In this document: positions 59,272 to 64,000 of the stretch, piece by piece | Layout of the letters: each line of letters starts with the position of its first letter | How positions within the stretch are numbered: position 1 is the stretch's first letter | Origin: an uncultured delta proteobacterium | GTDB lineage: Bacteria; Desulfobacterota; Syntrophia; Syntrophales; UBA5619 | Length of the DNA stretch: 64,000 bases | Assembly: GCA_963817385.1 (NCBI GenBank) | Contig: CAWFOM010000006.1 | Location: 224,001 to 288,000, forward strand | Direction of reading: 5' to 3' | Program-made: the position numbers and the translations under genes | Notes under the pieces: generated by a model | Told to the model about the DNA's origin: nothing | The model's database searches: none | Seen by the model: only the letters and a program-made list of their open reading frames with translations

Positions 59272-59943
59272 CTACTCGCTCAGAGCCGCCAGGGTCTGGA
59301 TATAGAATTCTATTGCATTATGTGCCTCAGTGTCCAAATTCTTAAATTGGCTGCCAATAGTGATTCTGTGATCGTCTCTTCTGACGTTGACTATGCCAAG
59401 TTCCACGGTTCGCTCACTTTGTGCGCCCGGGATTTGCACGGACAGGACAGCATCTACCCCCTTCTCAACTTTTGATGAGTCACTCTCCGGGGAAGTTGTA
59501 CACACAAAACTGCATCCACCCAAACTCAGGTCAAGTATTGCCCCTTTGCATGACCAGTTATCCACTTGCACTGTGGCGGGAATTAAACAAGTTATCCTGT
59601 CATTTTTTCGAAGTGTAACCGTCTCTATTTCCTCCGGATATGATAACAGCATCAAGGGAATCGGCCCCTCTATGAGGGAGATGATGCTGCATTTGAATCC
59701 ATAAACAATCCCTTTGTGCAAGTAACGCACCACAACGTGATTCTCCTTGTGTACCTTGACCCAGATGCCTCTTATTTGTGGTATGCTGCAGATGAGGTAA
59801 TGGCCTCTGTCCATTCCCACGAGAGTGCCTTTATACGATTCGCTAAACCCCTCGAAGCGAATCATGAGGAGCATTCCCCATTCCACTCCCAAATCTTTCT
59901 GATTTACCTTTCCAATACTCTTAGGTGATTCTTCAGAAACCAT
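59272..59943 (-). CDS. Flagellar-brake-like YcgR/PilZ protein
   Basis: VVVRYL..G.VYGF, LSYP, LRKNDR (RxxxR), DLSLGG. Confidence 0.85.
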   Translation of the reverse strand: MVSEESPKSIGKVNQKDLGVEWGMLLMIRFEGFSESYKGTLVGMDRGHYLICSIPQIRGIWVKVHKENHVVVRYLHKGIVYGFKCSIISLIEGPIPLMLLSYPEEIETVTLRKNDRITCLIPATVQVDNWSCKGAILDLSLGGCSFVCTTSPESDSSKVEKGVDAVLSVQIPGAQSERTVELGIVNVRRDDHRITIGSQFKNLDTEAHNAIEFYIQTLAALSE

Positions 59944-60303
59944 GGTAACCTCCTCGTGCGGACTCTGGGGTTCAGGTCATGCAAGGATACAGTAGTCTTG
60001 ATCCCCATGCTCATTTTCGTAATTCTCCTGCAATTTTACTCAATGTACCCGCGAAGATTCTATTACAGAGTTACTGAATACCGTTTGTAATAGTTGTATA
60101 TCAACAAAATATAACAAAAACAACTTTTCAGCTTGTCCATACATCGACGCACGCGCCTGCTTCAGAAAAAAATATGATAACCAGACTTCATGGCGGGCGG
60201 GTTGTCTGTCAGGAAAGCCAATATCGAACATCGAAGTGTTGCCGATTTTGCAAAAGAATGATAGGCAGATAAAAACCTGAAGCCTCACACGGGGTCATTG
60301 TCC

Positions 60304-61233
60304 ATGGAATTCACCTATGCCGATTGCGTCAAACTGATGCCTGAATGGAACGGTCTGGCGTTGGATATCCGGGAACTGAAAGGCGGGATCACGAATCAAC
60401 TCTACCGGGTCACCTCAGGCAATGGAATAGACTGTGTATTCAGGTTTTACGGTAAGAAGACCGAGCTCTTTATCGACCGAGATGCGGAAATGGAGAACCT
60501 TCGGCAGCTTGCCGCATTGGGAATCACCCCCAGGTTGATCAGGTATATTCCCGAGCAGGGCGTCACCGTGGTCGAGTTCATCCCGGGATACGTGCTGAAA
60601 AACCAGGATTTCCTGAAGGAGGAGCTCTGGGAACGAATCATCTCTCCCATCCGAATGGTTCACCAAAGCGGGATCAGGCTACCCTCCCTCTTCAATCCCC
60701 TCATCGAGGTGAGGCGTTTATCCAAGACCCTGGAGGAAATCAATCCCCACTACCCCGAGTTCGATATCCCCGGAACGATCAGAATCCTTGAAAAGATCAG
60801 TGAAGTGGCCGGCGTCTTCCCTTCTCAGTACGTACCCTGCCACAACGACCTTCTCGCGGATAACTTTGTCCTCACCGAAGACGGGGAGCGATTCAGGTCT
60901 CCCATGTGCCTGATCGACTGGGAGTACGGTGGCATGGCTCCCGCCTATTATGATCTGGCCGACATGTTCCAGGAAATCCTGCTCCCCAGGGAGGTGGAAA
61001 GGAGGCTTCTTAACGTCTATTGGGAAGGGAACGATACAGACCATCATCAGTACATGACCGATCTCTTCAAACCTTTTCCGGATATCTATTGGTTTCTCTG
61101 GAGTCTGATTCAGCTGAACATCTCTTCCATCGAATTCGACTATTACCGCTATGGAAAAGTGAAGTATGACAACGCCCGGGAAAACGTCGATTATCTTCGA
61201 AGTCATTACGGCGTTACCATACCTCAAGCATAG
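60304..61233 (+). CDS. Choline/ethanolamine kinase family phosphotransferase
   Basis: GGITNQLY, IDRDAE, CHNDLLADN (Brenner motif), LIDWEYG. Confidence 0.88.
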   Translation: MEFTYADCVKLMPEWNGLALDIRELKGGITNQLYRVTSGNGIDCVFRFYGKKTELFIDRDAEMENLRQLAALGITPRLIRYIPEQGVTVVEFIPGYVLKNQDFLKEELWERIISPIRMVHQSGIRLPSLFNPLIEVRRLSKTLEEINPHYPEFDIPGTIRILEKISEVAGVFPSQYVPCHNDLLADNFVLTEDGERFRSPMCLIDWEYGGMAPAYYDLADMFQEILLPREVERRLLNVYWEGNDTDHHQYMTDLFKPFPDIYWFLWSLIQLNISSIEFDYYRYGKVKYDNARENVDYLRSHYGVTIPQA

Positions 61234-61311
61234 GAAGCCTGCGAGCAAGGTTGAATATCCGTGCATCCCCGCACGATCTCCGGAGACAGGAGGCACCTTA
61301 TGCCACACGAC

Positions 61312-62352
61312 CTAACCTGCCGATGACACCCTGGCCTTGAGCAGCTCGAAATTCGCGGGATCCATCTTGATCTCACCCCTGTTGATCTGCCGGTCGAGTT
61401 CGACCACGGCGTCGATGGCCGGCGTCGGGATGCCGAACTCCCGGCCCTTCCTCGCCACCAAGCCGGGGAGGAATTCCATCTCGCTCCTGCGGCCCTTGAG
61501 ATGGTCGTGTATGGGGGCAGTGCGGCCGCCGCCCACGTGATTCATCAGCGTCTTCATGGCGATCACCAGGTTTTCGTCGCTCGAACCGGCAAACTTGTCG
61601 GCGCGCAGCCCGAATACCGGCTCGATCCGGTAGCCCAGAGCGGCGCCCACGGCGAGCGCTTCCCGGCCGAGTTTAACCGAGATGTCGTACATGCCGGGCA
61701 ACGCCACCGCCTCATAGTTCCTGAGGCCGAATAACCCGAACGGCGCCTGAGTCATGATGTTGGCAATGAGCTTCGTCCATTTTGCGCCATAGATGTTGCC
61801 GGTCACATCGCACCGGCCCACATTGCCCATGATGGAAGCGATTTCGGCGAGGCGCGGGGTGGACGAACCGTCGAGCTCCCCCACGGTGAACCACGTACCC
61901 GTGTGCGTCGTGTTGCGCTGGATCTGACCGGGGATGAAGAGTTCCGCCTGCAGCTCGACGACGCAGCCTATCGTGCGTTCGCGGCCCACGATGGAAGCGA
62001 TCGTGTCGTCGTTCATTCCGTTTTGGAGGCCGACCATGACGCCGTCGTTCTTGAGATACGGTTTGATGAACTCCGTCAACCAGCGGCAGTCATTCGATTT
62101 GGACGCGAGAAATACGATATCGAACTCCAGGTTGGTCGAAGCCAGCTCGCACAGATGCAGAGCCTGAACGGGCACATGAAGATCCCCGTCCTTTACCTTG
62201 ACAGACAGCCCGCTTGCCTTCATCGCCTCGACATGCGCGGGCCACTGGTCGATAACCGTAACATCATAGCCCGCCTTCGTGAGATCGGCGCTTACGCTGC
62301 TGCCAATTGCGCCGGCGCCGAGAACAGCCATTGTTTTGCCCATATCCTGCAT
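61312..62352 (-). CDS. panE: Ketopantoate reductase family protein
   Basis: LGAGAIG, LASKS, LQNGM, KWTKL..N, GRRSE, GIPTP. Confidence 0.85.
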   Translation of the reverse strand: MQDMGKTMAVLGAGAIGSSVSADLTKAGYDVTVIDQWPAHVEAMKASGLSVKVKDGDLHVPVQALHLCELASTNLEFDIVFLASKSNDCRWLTEFIKPYLKNDGVMVGLQNGMNDDTIASIVGRERTIGCVVELQAELFIPGQIQRNTTHTGTWFTVGELDGSSTPRLAEIASIMGNVGRCDVTGNIYGAKWTKLIANIMTQAPFGLFGLRNYEAVALPGMYDISVKLGREALAVGAALGYRIEPVFGLRADKFAGSSDENLVIAMKTLMNHVGGGRTAPIHDHLKGRRSEMEFLPGLVARKGREFGIPTPAIDAVVELDRQINRGEIKMDPANFELLKARVSSAG

Positions 62353-62692
62353 TCCTCCGTGGTTTGATAGTTGTTCAGCTTGATGCCGATGAACCGCTAT
62401 TCTTCAACCTAACTCCAGTTTGTCCTCGTCACATGAAACAGAAACGTCCTCTTCAAGCGAATGTCTGATCGTAATAATGTTACCCTTTAACAAAAGCAAG
62501 AAATTTTGCATAGGTAAACGGCAGATGGAAGGAACCAATGACGCCATAGAAAATCTGCTCCCAGGGGCCGAAATCCAACTTGCCGTCAGGGTTTCAGGCC
62601 CGTTATCCATGATGTTATTCCATCCATAAGTGTGATAGGAACTACCGAAAACCCACCTATGAGGAACGGGAACAAAAAATCTTGGTGTCTTC

Positions 62693-63640
62693 ATGCCGAT
62701 GCAACGCAATATCGTGAACCGCAAACGCCATTCCTCCCGGCCGGCCGTGCTGGCCCTCATCGCCTTGACCTCCATCTGGGGCTATAACTGGGTGGTCATG
62801 AAAGAGTGCCTGAAATATGCCGGCGTCTATGATTTCGCCGCCCTGCGGACCGGCATTGCCGCCGTCAGTCTCTTTGTCCTCCTCATCTGGAAGCGCCGTC
62901 CCCTGCGGCCCAAAGCCATCGGGATGACTATCCTGCTGGGCTTCCTGTCCACTACCGCCTGCATCGGACTGGTTACCCTGGCCCTGGCGACGGGCGGCGT
63001 GGGCAAGACAGCGGTTCTGGTGTATATCATGCCCTTCTGGGTTCTCTTGATGGCGTGGCCCCTCCTTGCGGAGAAGATTCGGGGCGTCCAATGGGTCTCC
63101 GTCATCCTGGCTTTCATCGGGCTCATGATCATTCTGGAGCCGTGGCATCTTCAGAGCACCTTCGTGAGCAAACTCTTCGCCGTCCTGGCGGGGGTGGCCT
63201 GGGCGCTCAGCACCATCGTGGCCAAGATTATAAACCGGCGAACCGGCTTCGATCTCATCTCGCTGACGGCTTGGCAGATGCTGATCGGCGCCCTTCCGCT
63301 TATCCTGATCGCGATGATCGTGCCGGACAGGCAGGTGCAATGGACCCCGTATTTCACGTTCGGCCTCCTTTTCAGCTCGGTCATCAGTCAAGCCCTGGCG
63401 CTGCTCCTCTGGTTTTTCATCCTCACCGAACTGCCCGCAGGCGTGGCCAGCATGGGGACGCTCGCCACGCCGGTGATCGGCATGCTCGCGGCCTTAATCG
63501 AGCTCGGCGAGCGGCCGTCGCTCCCGGAAGCCTGGGGGATGCTGCTGATCCTGACGGCGCTTTCCGCTCTTTCGCTCCTGGGATATATTCAGCATCGGCG
63601 GATCAGCTCCGTGATCGGGGACGGGCGCAGGAAACAGTGA
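62693..63640 (+). CDS. EamA/DMT family transporter
   Basis: IWGYNWVVMK, AALR, YIMPFW..L.E, TAWQM, LGE; about 10 TM. Confidence 0.9.
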   Translation: MPMQRNIVNRKRHSSRPAVLALIALTSIWGYNWVVMKECLKYAGVYDFAALRTGIAAVSLFVLLIWKRRPLRPKAIGMTILLGFLSTTACIGLVTLALATGGVGKTAVLVYIMPFWVLLMAWPLLAEKIRGVQWVSVILAFIGLMIILEPWHLQSTFVSKLFAVLAGVAWALSTIVAKIINRRTGFDLISLTAWQMLIGALPLILIAMIVPDRQVQWTPYFTFGLLFSSVISQALALLLWFFILTELPAGVASMGTLATPVIGMLAALIELGERPSLPEAWGMLLILTALSALSLLGYIQHRRISSVIGDGRRKQ

Positions 63641-63719
63641 CGTCGGTAGCGTCGATGCGCCATGCACTGCCTTTAACCGGCTCCCGGCCCGAAGCTGCGC
63701 GTCGTCCGTCATTATTGCG

Positions 63720-63748
63720 TTGACAAACAAGTCCATGGTGCGTATGGT
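63720..63748 (+). promoter_or_regulatory. Sigma70 promoter
   Basis: TTGACA-N17-TATGGT. Confidence 0.55.
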
Positions 63749-63959
63749 GCGCCCGGCAAAAGCCAGGAGTGACAAATAACGGTTCCTGCTGCCCGGTGAA
63801 TTTACGATTTCTGTTCGATCTTGGCAATTTCCGGGACCGTTTTTTCCAAGCCGCGGGCCAAAGCGGGATCTCTCCGATCCGTGCAACGGATCTGCCCGAG
63901 AGATGCATGTTGCCCGGCGCCGGTTCCGCGGACAACGACATATTCGGAAGGGAAGGGTT

Positions 63960-64000
63960 ATGACGAGGGCTTTGGAAGGAATCCGGGTGATCGATTTGAG
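63960..64000 (+). CDS. Family III CoA-transferase (CaiB/BaiF), N-terminus only
   Basis: MTRALEGIRVIDL start motif; runs off the window. Confidence 0.65.
   Translation, partial: MTRALEGIRVIDL

Overview
Bacterial chromosomal window, most consistent with an anaerobic Deltaproteobacterium (Syntrophales-like). This is an inference from gene content (c7-type cytochrome, PilZ proteins, TTT transporter, LarA, Kce, family III CoA-transferase). The dominant feature is a large aryl-polyene-type (type II FAS/PKS) lipid biosynthesis cluster split into two blocks, 3.6-11.2 kb and 17.5-31.6 kb. It encodes 2 ACPs, 2 active KS plus a catalytically dead KS/CLF, a hotdog dehydratase, FabG, PlsC- and LpxL-type acyltransferases, GT2, LolA, an MMPL-methyltransferase fusion, an aromatic ammonia-lyase and a thioesterase. 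It also has unusual extras: a B12-binding radical SAM enzyme, a phytoene-desaturase-like flavoprotein and a fused DAK2-DegV (FakA-FakB-like) protein. A probable starter-loading AMP ligase lies about 13 kb downstream, and a cfa + FAD-oxidoreductase pair resembling 10-methyl fatty acid genes lies at 48-51 kb. Non-coding structure includes two families of palindromic MITE-like elements that stay open in frame with cluster genes and a truncated attC-like site. There is also a 1.1-kb integrase-less islet at tRNA-Thr(CGT) with a sigma54-type promoter and a small lipoprotein, a thrice-reused sigma70 promoter, and three copies of an unrecognised motif + hairpin module (candidate sRNA/riboswitch), two of which share a promoter. 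About 14 frameshifts are all net +1 and are most likely long-read errors.
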